From positions 274,355-338,354 of the forward strand of contig MU053594.1 of NCBI GenBank assembly GCA_013239625.1: a stretch of 64,000 nucleotides of DNA. The letters run 5' to 3'. Origin of the DNA: Lama guanicoe (taxonomy: Eukaryota). Each line of letters starts with the position of its first letter. Position 1 is the stretch's first letter. A program made the position numbers and the translations under genes. Below are positions 24,884-36,600 of this stretch, in pieces. The notes beneath the pieces are model-generated. The model made no database searches. It was not told where the DNA came from and saw only the letters and a program-made list of their open reading frames with translations.

Positions 24884-25369
24884 TGTCTGCTGTATCAGTA
24901 AACAAAGGATATTGCAGCCATCAACCCACTACACCCGCCCTGACAGTGAGCCCCAAGTGAACTCAGGCTGCCCACTGCCAAGCCCACAGCCACTGCAGCC
25001 ATGCCCAATGGTGCCCCGAGAGGGGACCCAGGATGGGAAAGAACTGGACACTGGCCCCGGATAGCTAAGGTGCGTATCACAGGAATGATTTCAGAGAGCC
25101 CAGACTCTCGCATCTTCCGCTACATAGAGAAGCGCTAAATTCATTAACTTGAGATGTTCTGTTTTCTTTAATTAACAGTAATCTTTTGATGTTCCGACTA
25201 CCTGGTTTTTGTTGCAGAAACTCTGGTATATCCTGGCCGCTCCCTTAGCTCTGTGGAGCAGTCCCTCGCTATCTGAGAGGCTGCCTGCGGGGCTTGAAGT
25301 CCTCAGAAAGTCCTCCAAATAAAAACAAAGTTCCCAACTTTTAGGTTGTTCATACTTTTTCAGTTGACA
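24884..25369 (+). mobile_element. ERV1-type solo LTR (MER41-like)
   Basis: TGT...ACA termini, internal tatat and aataaa, flanking 4-mers gcac/gcag. Confidence 0.6.
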
Positions 25370-26139
25370 GCAGAAAGCACTTTCCCCACTGCAGCCTGGC
25401 CGGCTGCCTCTCGGGAAATGGGAGCACAAGTTCCTTCATCCAGAACTCCCAGTGCCGGTGCTCTGCGCGGACAGTACCACATGCCAGAGATACGGGATGG
25501 GTGACCGCAGCGTGGTCCCTCCCATCTCAGGTCCAGCTATGCCTGATACTCTGACGTCAGAACCAAGCCAAGGACCACAGAGCCAAGCTCTGGGCGAGAG
25601 TTTGGATGAACAAATGGGCTGTATCTGTCAGAGGCCAGTCCATCAGAGGAAGCCGTCCCGCGAGGGGAGGGAGTCACACAGTGGAGGTCCGTGGAGAGAC
25701 TGTGGCCAGCAGGAGAGCCCAGGAGTTTGCCCCACACAGCAAGGGGGCTCTGGGGTAAAGAGGGCACTTGATGGTTGGTGCTGGCAGCCTGGTTCTCCAG
25801 AAAAGAGGGTGTGTTCTATCAGGGGAAGGAGGGCAGTGGAAGGGGCCATCTTCACTCCCCTCTCTCCTTGGACGGCACACACACAACCATCTCCGCCATC
25901 TGCCCACAGCCTATAATTCAGCCACCCAGCTGCAGAGTGCTTGGCTGCTCCGCTTGTGGGGAGGGCAGATTACCGAGTGGAGTGCAGTGACTGGCAGGTG
26001 CCTGGCGGGCCCAGCTGCCCTGGTAGCGGTGGCTGGCTCCACGTGATGCTGCACTGCCCGAAAAACAGCCCCCACTCCCAGCCTTCTGGGCATCCCCTTC
26101 CCAGAACTCAGACTGCCCCCCTTTCCCTTCGCCATCCTT

Positions 26140-26312
26140 TAGAGCCGCACTTCTCCAACTGTCATGTGCAAAGGAATCATCTGGAATCTGGTGAGAATTC
26201 AGATTCCAGCGTAGGCTCTAGATTCTGTATTTCTAACCAATTTCCCGGTAATGTACCCTGCCAGTCTGGGGTGATGGTCCCTGCTGGTCCAAGGCTGCGC
26301 TTTTTAAGTAGG
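26140..26312. mobile_element. hAT-Charlie MITE (MER5-like)
   Basis: gaatcatctggaatctggtgagaattcagattcc...ttctgtatttctaaccaatttcccggtaatg...gctggtcc. Confidence 0.6.
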
Positions 26313-26516
26313 AAATCCTTAGAGTTTACATGGCTTTTTAACGCTTGTGATCTCTCTGGGCTCTCGGAATAGCCCTGCGGAAAGATGGTAAATAATAATA
26401 ATTACTGTTATTCTCAATGCTTCTAATGCAAGCCTTGGGTTTTCATACAGTCCATCTCAGTCCTCACAGCGCCTCAGCAGAAGAGATCTTTCTCAGGATT
26501 CACAGATGAGAAAAAA

Positions 26517-26673
26517 GGGAGGGAGGATATAGCTCAAATGGTAGAGCGCATGCTTAGCATGTACCAGGTCCTGGGTTCAATCCCCAGTATCTCCTCTAAA
26601 AATAAATAAATAAACCTAGTTACCTCCCACTGCCTCCCACAGCACCCCCCCAAAAAAATCCATTTAAAAAAAA
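26517..26673 (+). mobile_element. tRNA-Ala-derived camelid-type SINE (Vic-1-like) inserted in a MIR
   Basis: A box tagctcaaatgg, cttAGCat loop, B box ggttcaatcc, aataaataaataaacctagttacctccc tail; TSD agatgag(g)aaaaaa. Confidence 0.85.
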
Positions 26674-26977
26674 AGATGAGGAAAAAATAACTGACGTTCT
26701 GAGATAACTCAGTCACTTGACCAAGGTCAGAAACCCAATGAGTGGTGGAGTTGGAATTCAAACTCCTGTCTTCTTTGAAGATGTAATGGTCAAGAGGGCA
26801 AGCCCTGGAGCCAAAGTGAGCCTGAGGTTAGCCAAGAGCCCAAGAGTCTGGACTCAGACTGCTTAGATTTGAATCTGAGCTTTGTCACTTACTAGCTTAG
26901 TGATCTTGGGCAACTTAACCTCTCTGTGCCTCAGTTTCTTTAACTGTGAAATGGGAATAATACTAGGGTTATCATGA

Positions 26978-27116
26978 GTCAGCCCTCTGTATCTGTGGAT
27001 GTGGAACCTACAGATTCTGAGAGCTGACTGTATAAGACTTGCGCATTTACAGATTTGGCATCCATGGCGGGGGGTCCTGGAACCTATACCCTGCAGATAC
27101 CAAGGGATGATGGTAT
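26978..27116. mobile_element. TcMar-Tigger MITE (MER2/MER8-like)
   Basis: gtcagccctctgtatctgtgg ... cctgcagataccaagggatgatgg inverted termini. Confidence 0.6.
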
Positions 27117-27176
27117 ACGATATCTTATTATACACGTATATCTCATAATGTATATAATCCTCATAATAACCATAGC

Positions 27177-27178
<2 letters not shown>

Positions 27179-27238
<60 letters not shown>

Positions 27239-27245
27239 CATCTAT
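27179..27245. repeat. (TATC)n tetranucleotide microsatellite
   Basis: About 15 units, direct read. Confidence 0.95.
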
Positions 27246-27634
27246 TGTTGACCTTAAACAAATAGGCAATTACTTCTTCAGCAGTAATGGGTTTATTCAG
27301 GATTAGCAATGATTTGCAATCTGGGGTCAGCAACCATGGCAAGCCACGTGCAAGTCTCATACAACAAGGAGAGGAGAACTCTTTTATAGAGAGGAAGAGG
27401 AAGTTGAGAGGGCTACAGTAAACAGAGAGCCCATTGGATGAATTGAGAGTTCAAAGTGCAGTAGCTTTTCATTGGCTGAGCTGTGATCATCTCTCGTTGG
27501 CTGAGCTCTTGATGGTCTAGAAGAGAAAGTTTTTCTTCTTCCTGTTGGGCTCTGCTGTCATTTAGGGTGTGAAGACTCCCCCTTCTGACCGCCCAACTCC
27601 ATCTGAATTGACGTTCTGTTTATTAATTTTTATA
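27246..27634 (-). mobile_element. Solo LTR (ERV-like), minus orientation
   Basis: In minus-strand order: CCAAT (27471-27475, 27433-27437), TATAAAA (27382-27388), AATAAA (27292-27297), end ...TCAACA. Confidence 0.6.
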
Positions 27635-30600
27635 TTATCTACCTAATGAGATAATGAGATTAGAGACAGAGAGAGAGTGACACTGATTACTTGTGAAATG
27701 AGGGTATGAATACTAAGGATTAAAAACTATCATCTAATCATATACCAGCTACTTTTCTAAGAATTTTACATGTAGTAACTCATTTAATTCTCCTAATAAC
27801 TCTATTAGCCAGGGTTACTATTAATCACATTGTATAGATGAGGAAACTGAGGCCCAGAGTTTAAATGACTTGCCCCCAAATCACATAGCTAATAAGTGAT
27901 GGAGCTGGAATTTAAACCCAGTGTGACACATATTGACACACTGAGTGTTTCCTGTGTGGCCAGCACTGTTGTAGGCACTGGAAATATAGCAGTGGACACA
28001 GTAAGCTCCCCGCTCTCCCAGGGCTGGCACTCTAGGGATCCTAGAATAATTCCTCCTAAGAAGTCAGCACAGTGCCCGGCACAGGGGGAAACCCTCAGTA
28101 AACCTTAGCTCTGTTTGTCCTCTCACCCCTATCTTGCCCGGGGCAGACATCACAAATTGATCACAGCATCCTTTCCCGCAGAGCCAGCCTGTGGCCCCAA
28201 AATCTGTCTCAAGACAGCACTCCAGGCAGCCTCTGCCTAACCCTCAGATTTGCACCGAGACCAAAGCTATGTCAGCTCTGGGTCACTGTGCTGTAGTGGA
28301 ACAGACGAACACTTCTGTCCCCAAAGCCTGCAGTGTCGGCACCCAGGAGCAAGCAGATGGGACAGAGACAGAGAGGGAGGCTTGTATGGGGAAGAGCAGA
28401 GAAGCCAAGACTGACCAGGGAGGTGGGGAGAAAAAGAACTTCCAACAGCCCCTCGGCCCCCTTGCTCTCAGCCTGGAGCTCTCCAGAAAGGAAGAGTCAC
28501 ATGAGCGGGAGGCAGGTCCGATCAACGGCTGGCCATCCACCCTTAGTGACACCAATTAGGGCTGATAATCCCACTAGGTCTGCGTGGGCCCCGGTCTTTG
28601 GAGCCTTAGACTTTGGGAGAGGTAGGGAAGCCCAGGTAAGGGGCAAGCAAGGGGCTCCCCCACCCAGATCTGGAGTCTGCTCCCTGCCATGGCACCCGCC
28701 CACTGCCCTGCGGTCCCTTCGCCCCTCCCCGGCAGAAAGGCTCGCTGCAATTCCCACTTTATGGCCTCTGCCAAATGAAGCACAAACTTAACTACATCAC
28801 CCCCCCGACAGGACGAGGAAGGGCTGGGGTGGCACGCCGGGCTGCTTCAGCCCCTCATCTAATCACTGGAGTGGGCCGTTTCAATTCCGCACGCCGGAGT
28901 GTGCTGGGGGTGTGTCAGCTCATAAAAGCCTCCGTGCTGGTGCTCAGCTAATTGCGAATCTCTTACTGTCTCTGCAGGTGGATAACTCGGGACCGAGAGC
29001 TTCTGGCTGCTGAGACGGACAGTGAGCCGCCACGGAACGGGATGGGGGGACACTGAGCTGAGCCCCAGGCACAGAGCGGGTGGCAGGGAGGGAGGCACAG
29101 ACTTCCTGGAGGAAACACAGGAACTGGGGTCTCTGATCACTGCCCAGGGTGACCACCCACCATCTGGGAGCTGGTGGAGGAAATCCTTAGCTTAAAACCC
29201 AAGACCTGAAGTTTTCTGGAACCTCAAAGCCGCGGGGTGGGGTAAAAGTTTAAGCTCCATCCCCTTCTGCTAACCTTGCCTTTAGATGCGTAATTGGATC
29301 TCTGAGCAGTGAGAGGACCTGGGAGCGCTGGGGGCTGCACTGTGGAAAGGGCTAATGCCTTCAGGAGCAGCTTCATGCTGTGGCTCTTTGGTTCCTTTCT
29401 GGATCTGACTCACTAGGCTTTAAGCTGGACCCCGGGAGACTGGCTGGGGATGTAAAAGGCGAGGGGCTCAGCTCCCTTAACCACAGGGCTCCTCCCCTCT
29501 AGGAGAACCGGAGAGGGAGGTGGGGATGTCCTGGGAGGAGAGACCTCCACCGCAGAATTACTGGTCAAACAAAGGGCTGCAGAAGCTGTGGGAGATGGTG
29601 GCCGCGGCACTTGGAGGTCATTCTGAGATGCAGTGACAAGGGGGCTGCCTGTCTAGCCGGGGGCTGTGCTTCACTCACTCTTTCTTCTAGACCGCAGTGA
29701 AATCCCAGGCTGGCGCTGTGATTTCTTGGTGAGTGCTGGAAATACCTTAGATCCTGGGTAACAGCAGACGGTAGGAGCCTTCACGGCTGGGAAAACCCCA
29801 TTTTTGCTCTGTTCCTCAGTTTCCTTCCTCTATGAAACAGGAATCACGAAATGTACAAACACTGGGAGGGGCTGAGTGAACGCTGCTCTGTAAATAAGGG
29901 TGGCTGGCGCCCTTTACCTCCCGCTGCAGGGGGACACTCCTCCAGGAGGAAAGCTCTAGTGCCTTCGTTGACAACGGCTTTGCTTCAGGACGCAGACCCG
30001 ATCCAGGGCTTAGAGTGAGTCCCTGGCTGCCATGTTGAGATCAGGGCCACTTGGCACTTGGACAGAGGAGGTCCACACCGGGGCCCAGCTCAGCAGCCAG
30101 GCTTCACTCTTGAAGGGCTGCTTCCTAGAGCCCGACAGAGAGAACCTGGGAGATATTCCCTAGGGAGGAAGCCAAGGTGAGCTGCGTGGAAAATAAAGTG
30201 GGAAGTCTCGTGGGCAGCCTCCCCCAACCCGAGTCCCCGACAAGGAGGCACGTGATGGCTTCAGCCCTTGGATCCTGGAATAAAGGCGCTTTGGGGGAGA
30301 ACCAGAGCCCATAACTGATTCTGCCAGAGGCAGCTGAAAGAGGACTGCGCACCAAGGGCTCGAGACTGGAACCCATCTGTTGATCGCAGGCAGGTCTTTT
30401 TATTGTGTGATATATTCTTTTCTTTCCGAAGTGCTGTTCAATACATGGCTTCCTTCCGATCCTCAAAACTCTATGATATAGGTAGAATAAGTGGAAGTAA
30501 TGCCGAGGCCAAACAGGGGAAGCTGAAGCTCTGAGAGGTTAGGCTCGAGGTCCCCTGGCTCGGTGGTGATGGAGCCGGGAGCAAAGTCAGGTGCCTTCTT

Positions 30601-31330
30601 CGACACACGGCTGGAAAGGAAAGAGCCTCTGTTGTGCAGAGCTCACTGCAGGCTTTTTCCTCCTCCAATAAGCAAGGAAGTGGGGAGAGATTTAGGGGTC
30701 GATTTAGAGGCTAACTGAGCAGGCTGAAGCAGAGGAGGCCAGTAGCAGAAAGTAGGAAGTGAGGAAGGAAACACGTGGAGCTTTGCATGGACACTTCCTG
30801 CTCACAAACTTCTTATGGTCCTCATTTCATTAACAGCAGCAGTGGAATTTCATGGACAATTGGCGTTGAGCACTAACTGGGAGGTAATGAGAGAGGGAGG
30901 ATGCAGGTAAAGGCTGTTTGAATTTAAATTCTTTTTCTTTGGGGAGATGGGGGGGCATCTTTTTTTAAAGGCAATTTTAATGCTGGAAAAAGTTCCCAGC
31001 AAAGAGCGGTCCTCTGCCAGCCGCTTTAGGAGTGATGCCTGTCACTCAGCCCACTGTGTTTTTCTACCCACCAATTCCTGACATCTGCCCTGCGGGAGGG
31101 ATGCTGAGGGACTGCATGGCTGACTTTGGGCAGATTTCATCCCTCAGACTGGGGAAAACACAGTAGAAATGTGTCCATCATCAGTGGTGAGCTGGGTTTA
31201 AATTTTAATAATTTTGCATAGTCACCATGAGCAAAACTCTGTGTGGACCTGGGCAGAGATGAGGGAGAAACTAGAAATAGAAAAGAGGATTTCTATTTCA
31301 GGAGTGTATGATCTATTTTACAAGTGATGC

Positions 31331-31337
31331 ACACACA

Positions 31338-31373
<36 letters not shown>
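31331..31373. repeat. (CA)n microsatellite
   Basis: Direct read. Confidence 0.9.
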
Positions 31374-31375
<2 letters not shown>

Positions 31376-31878
31376 GCCACAAAACATTCAAAGAGGACAG
31401 GAGATAATGTACATCTGAAGATACAAGAGAGAAGACAGAGTCCTGGGGGCCAGGTGGAAGAGGTGAGGGAAGACAGCTCCTTTGAGCAGGATCTTCAGAC
31501 AGTGATATGCAAGTTGGTGAAACAAACAAACAAGAGCATGGCAATTAGAAGTAGAGGCTTAGATGGAAGTACAGCCCTTCCTGAGGAGGATGGCAGGCAG
31601 GCTGGTTTGGCTAAATTGGGGACTCTGTAGTAGGAAGCAATGAGAAATGAAGAAGGTCAAATATAAGGGGAGGGAAACTTTGTGGAAGGCTTGAATTCTA
31701 ATCTTAAGATTCAGGTTATGAGGCCACAGGAACCACCACATGATAGGATGATCAGTACAGAACTGGCAACTGAAGAGTATGAACCAGAGGTTGACTAGTT
31801 ACCCAAGTACAAGGTGATGAGGGCTCCTCCGGACGAGAGGCCGTGGTCATAGGTGGGAAGCTAAGGGACCACTGGGAC

Positions 31879-32215
31879 TCTGATGGTTAATTTTACATGT
31901 CGACGTGGCTGGGCCACGGTACCCAGATATTTGTTCAAACATTATTCATGATGTTTCTGTGAAGGTTTATCCTGGAGGATAAAACCTACTAGTTTAAACC
32001 AGTAGACTCTGAATAAAACAGATTGCCCTCCAGAATATGGGTGGGCTTCATCTGATCATTTGAAGGCCTTAAGAGAAAAAGATCAACCTCCATAACAGAA
32101 GAGCACATTCTGCCATCAGACCTCCTTTGGACTCGAACTGCAACTCTTCCCTGGGTCTCCAGCCTGCCGGCCTGCCCTGCAGGTTATGGATTTGCCAAGC
32201 CTCTGCAATCACATG
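31879..32215 (+). mobile_element. ERVL LTR (MLT2-like), 5' part
   Basis: tgatggttaattttacatgtcgacgtggctgggccacggtacccagatatttg start typical of MLT2. Confidence 0.8.
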
Positions 32216-32613
32216 TGTTTTATGGGCTGAATTGTGTCCCCCCAAATTCATATACTGAAGTCCTAACCACCTGTACCTCGCAAAGGGACTGGATTTATAA
32301 ACAGAGCCTTTAAAGAAGTAGTTAGGGTTAAATGAGTTCATTAGGGTGGGCCTTAGTCCAATATGACTAATGTCCTTATAAAAGGAGGAAATTTAGATAG
32401 ACATGCACACACACACACACAGTAGACAGACCATATGAGGACACAGGAAGAAAGCAGCCACCTACAAGCCAAGGAGAGAGGTCTCAGAAGAAACCAGCCT
32501 TGCCGACACCTTGATCTTGGGCTTCCTGCCTCCAGACTGTGAGAAAAATCAATCTCTGCTTAAGTCAACCCATCTGTGATATTTTGTTACGGCAGCCCAA
32601 GCAGATAAATACA
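32216..32613 (+). mobile_element. MaLR LTR (MLT1A/B-like)
   Basis: tatgggctgaattgtgtccccccaaattcatatactgaagtcctaacc...ggcagcccaagcagataaataca. Confidence 0.85.
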
Positions 32614-33374
32614 AAGATAGCGGATTATAAATTCCTTGACCCCAAGGGCCATGCATTAAGGCAATCTCCCAGCTCAGTGCCTTACCCATGGTGTGTGTTG
32701 ATAAATGTTGTGCTGGATTGGACACAGAACACTTAGCACCTGGATCCCTTCCAATAATAATACACGGCCGAGAAGGCACAGAGAAAGATGACTCAACTGG
32801 GGCGGTGGCGCAAGAGCTTCAGGATGCAGGCATGGGGGGAATTTTGTGTTCTGGTTGCAACAAGGTTCCCCAGAAGTCAAGTCAAGTGAAGAATGATCTG
32901 AAACTGACTCATTCTGTATTGTCTGGCGTGTCTAACATAATACCTAGGGCTTAGGGCAATGAAAGTTTTGTTGAATGACTCACCTAGTAAGTGATCAAGA
33001 TAGAACTAGGAGATGGAGTGATCTTACAATTAAAAAAAAAAATTAAACATACATGTCTGCTTGTATAGGCCTAGAAATTTTCTGAAAGAGATTGCTAATG
33101 GTGGTCCCTTCTGGGGAGTGAATTGGGTAAGAAGACAGATTTACTTTTCCACTGAATACCTCGTACTGTTTATGCATTTTCATCATGAATGCATTACTCC
33201 TGGGTCGCTCAACAGCTCATTAGGTGTGCCTCCTTGGGCTGAGTAATAAGAGGCAACAGCGGCTGGAGAGCTTTTAAACCCATTATTCCGCCCCCTCCAA
33301 TATCCTCCCCCAAATTTTCAGCCTTCCCCACGTGCCATGAGAGCACACTGATTGAGACGAGCAGACTTCAGCCT

Positions 33375-33610
33375 TCACAAGCCGCTCCACGACACCCAGA
33401 GGGAGCACAGGGTGACGGTGTAAAGTCCCAGCACAACGAGGTAGCTTTGGAAGAGCATTCGGTCAAAGCGTTCCAAGAGGGCCAGCCACCCGGCCTCCTG
33501 CTGGTCCGCCTGGTCCCGGGTTTGGAAGTAGCTGCTAATGGAGCGGAGCTGGGACCAGACTTCCTTCAGGGTCTCGGACTGGGCCTGGTGCTCTTGCCAG
33601 ACGGGGGACT
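33375..33610 (-). CDS. HTR3B: HTR3B exon 9 coding part (MA helix, M4, stop)
   Basis: ESPVWQEH...TLKEVWSQLRSISSYFQTRDQADQQEAGWL...LWVSWSGL-TGA; 236 nt. Confidence 0.96.
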
Positions 33611-36600
33611 CTGCATGGGAGGAGAACACTCTGCATGAGCCAGAGACTTCGAGGGCTCCCCTGGACTTCCCACTGAAGCCGATGGCCTCATCCTTCAAGC
33701 AAGGTTGTAGGCAAAATGGGGCTGGGTTAGGATTAGGGAACCTCTCCCTGCCGCTGAGGGGAGGCAAGGCTGTCCTGAAGGAAGCCCTAGAGAACGTGGC
33801 GAGTCGGGTGTTGTGTAAGCAAGGTGTTTGGGCTCATCCATCCAGGAGATTTTCTGAGCTAGTCACTTAGCGCTCTAGGGGCTAGAGTAGTTCTTTTTTA
33901 AAAAATTGAGATGTAACTGACATACAACATTATATTAGTTTCAAGTGTACAACATAGTGATTCAATATTTGTATATGTTGTGAAATGATCACAGTAAATC
34001 CGGGTAACACCCATCGCCACACAAAGTCACAAATATTTGTTCTTGTGATGAGAGCTTTTGGGCCATACTCTCTCGGCAACTTTCAAGCATGGAACACTTT
34101 ATGAATCTGTGTGTCGTCCTCGCTCTGGGGCCATGCTGACTTCTGTGTCGTTCCAATTCTAGTATATGTGCTGTCAAAGGGAACTTTGGGATGATGTATA
34201 TACTTGCTCACATGAAGCAACTAGAACCCAAATACATACAAACTGCATGTGTGTGTGTGTGCACGTGTGCACAGGCACTGCACTATTCTGGAGTCAATGG
34301 CTCAGTCACTTCAGGGAACTGGCTGAAACTAGAAAATGACACAAGGGAACTGAGGGCTTGACCTCTAGGCTAAAATGGGGCTTTCTGGAAAGCCAGCAGG
34401 AGACGGTCTTCAGTCTCCAGGGAGGTAATGTAAAAGGCAGTGCAGAGGCTAAGCAGTGGATCTTTCCATTTTCTCACACAGCCTGCTGCCCTACCCATGG
34501 AACTGGCGCTGAGGGTGATAAAGCAAGATAAGGCAGGAGCCCCAAGGCTTCCCACAAACCTGTGACCCCGGCAGACTGGGTGCGGGGATCCACTCTGGGC
34601 CCACCAGCATCGGTGTCCCCTCGAAGGCACAGGAGGGTCTGCTCCTGCCGGCTGCACCGCTCGTCATGGAGGAATTTGACCAACAGGATGGACTTGGACA
34701 AGCTGAGAACCAGGAAGGCCATGCAGACTGTGAAGAAGACCCCTGCAGGAAGGAGCCGGAGGAGGCGGAGTTAGCAGGGCTCTCCGGGCCTCCTCCTTCC
34801 CCCCATCTGAAACGCAACATTGGATCTTTGACAGGAGTGACGGAAGATGCTCACCAATCAGCGGGGTGCTCACTGAGCTCCTGGGCACCTCATCAGACAT
34901 GTTGACCCTGAAGACCGTGTAGCCCACCAGCACGCTGGTCTTGAACACAACCCTGGCACGGCAGGTGGGCGGCAGGTAGAAGCTCCCCAGGTCCACGAGC
35001 ATCAGGAAGATGCTGGGAATCAGCAGACTTACAACATAGACCAGGGGGCGCCTGCGAATCACCACCTGGCAGGGGACAAGGGACCTACTGAAAAGAGGGT
35101 CTAAGCCAACGGACGAATGTGTAGCCAAACCCCAGCCAAGAACACTTCCTGCAGTCCCAACATTTTTGCATAAAGTGAAAAGTCTGTGTAGTTGAGAAAC
35201 AGGAGATCATCTTGTGGTTTAAAAAATAGGGGAAAAAATCTTTTAAGCTTTACATAAAGCTAATATTAATATTAATAATTATAATAATAAGTTATCATTT
35301 ATTTACCACTTGCTGTCTGCCAGGCACTAGACTAAGTGTTTCATATTTATTTATTTAATCCTCTTAACAACTCTGAGGACTGGGTGTCATTATCTCCATT
35401 TTACAAACAGGGAAACAGAGGTTCGTAGAGATGAAACTGCTGGTCCAAATTCACACAGCTGGTTAGGGAGAGACTGTTTTAAGACCAGGTCTTATACCCA
35501 AATCTTCCTTCTTAAACAGCTCTGTATGCAATACATCGTATTGGTTTGGGTTTAGCCTATCTTCTTACTGTGAGCGCAAACACCTTAGCACCTATGTATT
35601 GGTCAGAGTCTGGGCAGGAACAAATAGCACCATTAAATTGGGAAAGTTGAGGGGGGCTTGACAGGTGTGGGCAGGAGATAAAGAAATTATAAGAGGGAAG
35701 GCAGTGCTTCAGGGCTTGGGGGGACTGGCTGAGCTGTCCCTGAAGGGGCCAAGGGCTGGGAACGTGATTGAAACCTGGGGAGAGAAAACTGGGCAGAATT
35801 GTGGTTTCCTCTTTGGATCACAGCCAGCTTGGCAGGGAGAGAAACGGAGAAATAACACCCCACTCGCTCTCCCCCCTCCCTCCAACCTCCTGCCACTGCT
35901 CCACCTGCCAGCAACTGGCCCAACCTGACCAGGGGTCCCATCTCTGCAGGCCACAGCCCAGTTTCTAGGAGCAAACGTAGATTTGAGTGGGGAGCAACTG
36001 AAGATAGCTGGTGGGGCCTGCAGGATGGCTGGGGAGAGGGCTGCTGAGTGGCGTTTGTAGCTGGGAGTTGAAGTCTCATAAAATTATAATGAGTATTTTG
36101 CCACTTTTTTACATCTAGCTTCTCTGGGGTGGTGATAGGAAGCATCTGTAATTAACACAAAATCTATTCTCATCCTTCCTGGAGAGAAACCAGGATATGA
36201 CAGGGCTGCCTCCCCCAACCTGTGGACCCTTAGAGGATAAGAGCAGCAACTTTTTTAACCCCTCATGGGGCCAAAAATAATACCCACTTTATAGCAGGTA
36301 TTCAGTAAATGTTTACTGAACAAATGAATGTTCTGGGCCCTTTGCTGTTGCATTTGGGGAAAAAAATAATGTCTGAAACCTCCCATGGCTCTGATTTCTA
36401 TGTGTCAGCGTGCTAGGTAATTTTCACATGTGATGTGATTTGTTTAATCCTCACTGTGAGTTTTTTGTCAGGTGACATAGCATCTCCATCTTATAGATTA
36501 AAAAAAAAATAAAGCTCAGTCCTTAAGTAAGTTGAATAAGTGGCAGAGGTGGGATGGGCCCCCACATCTTCTGATTCCAAGCCCTGTGCTCTTTCCCACA

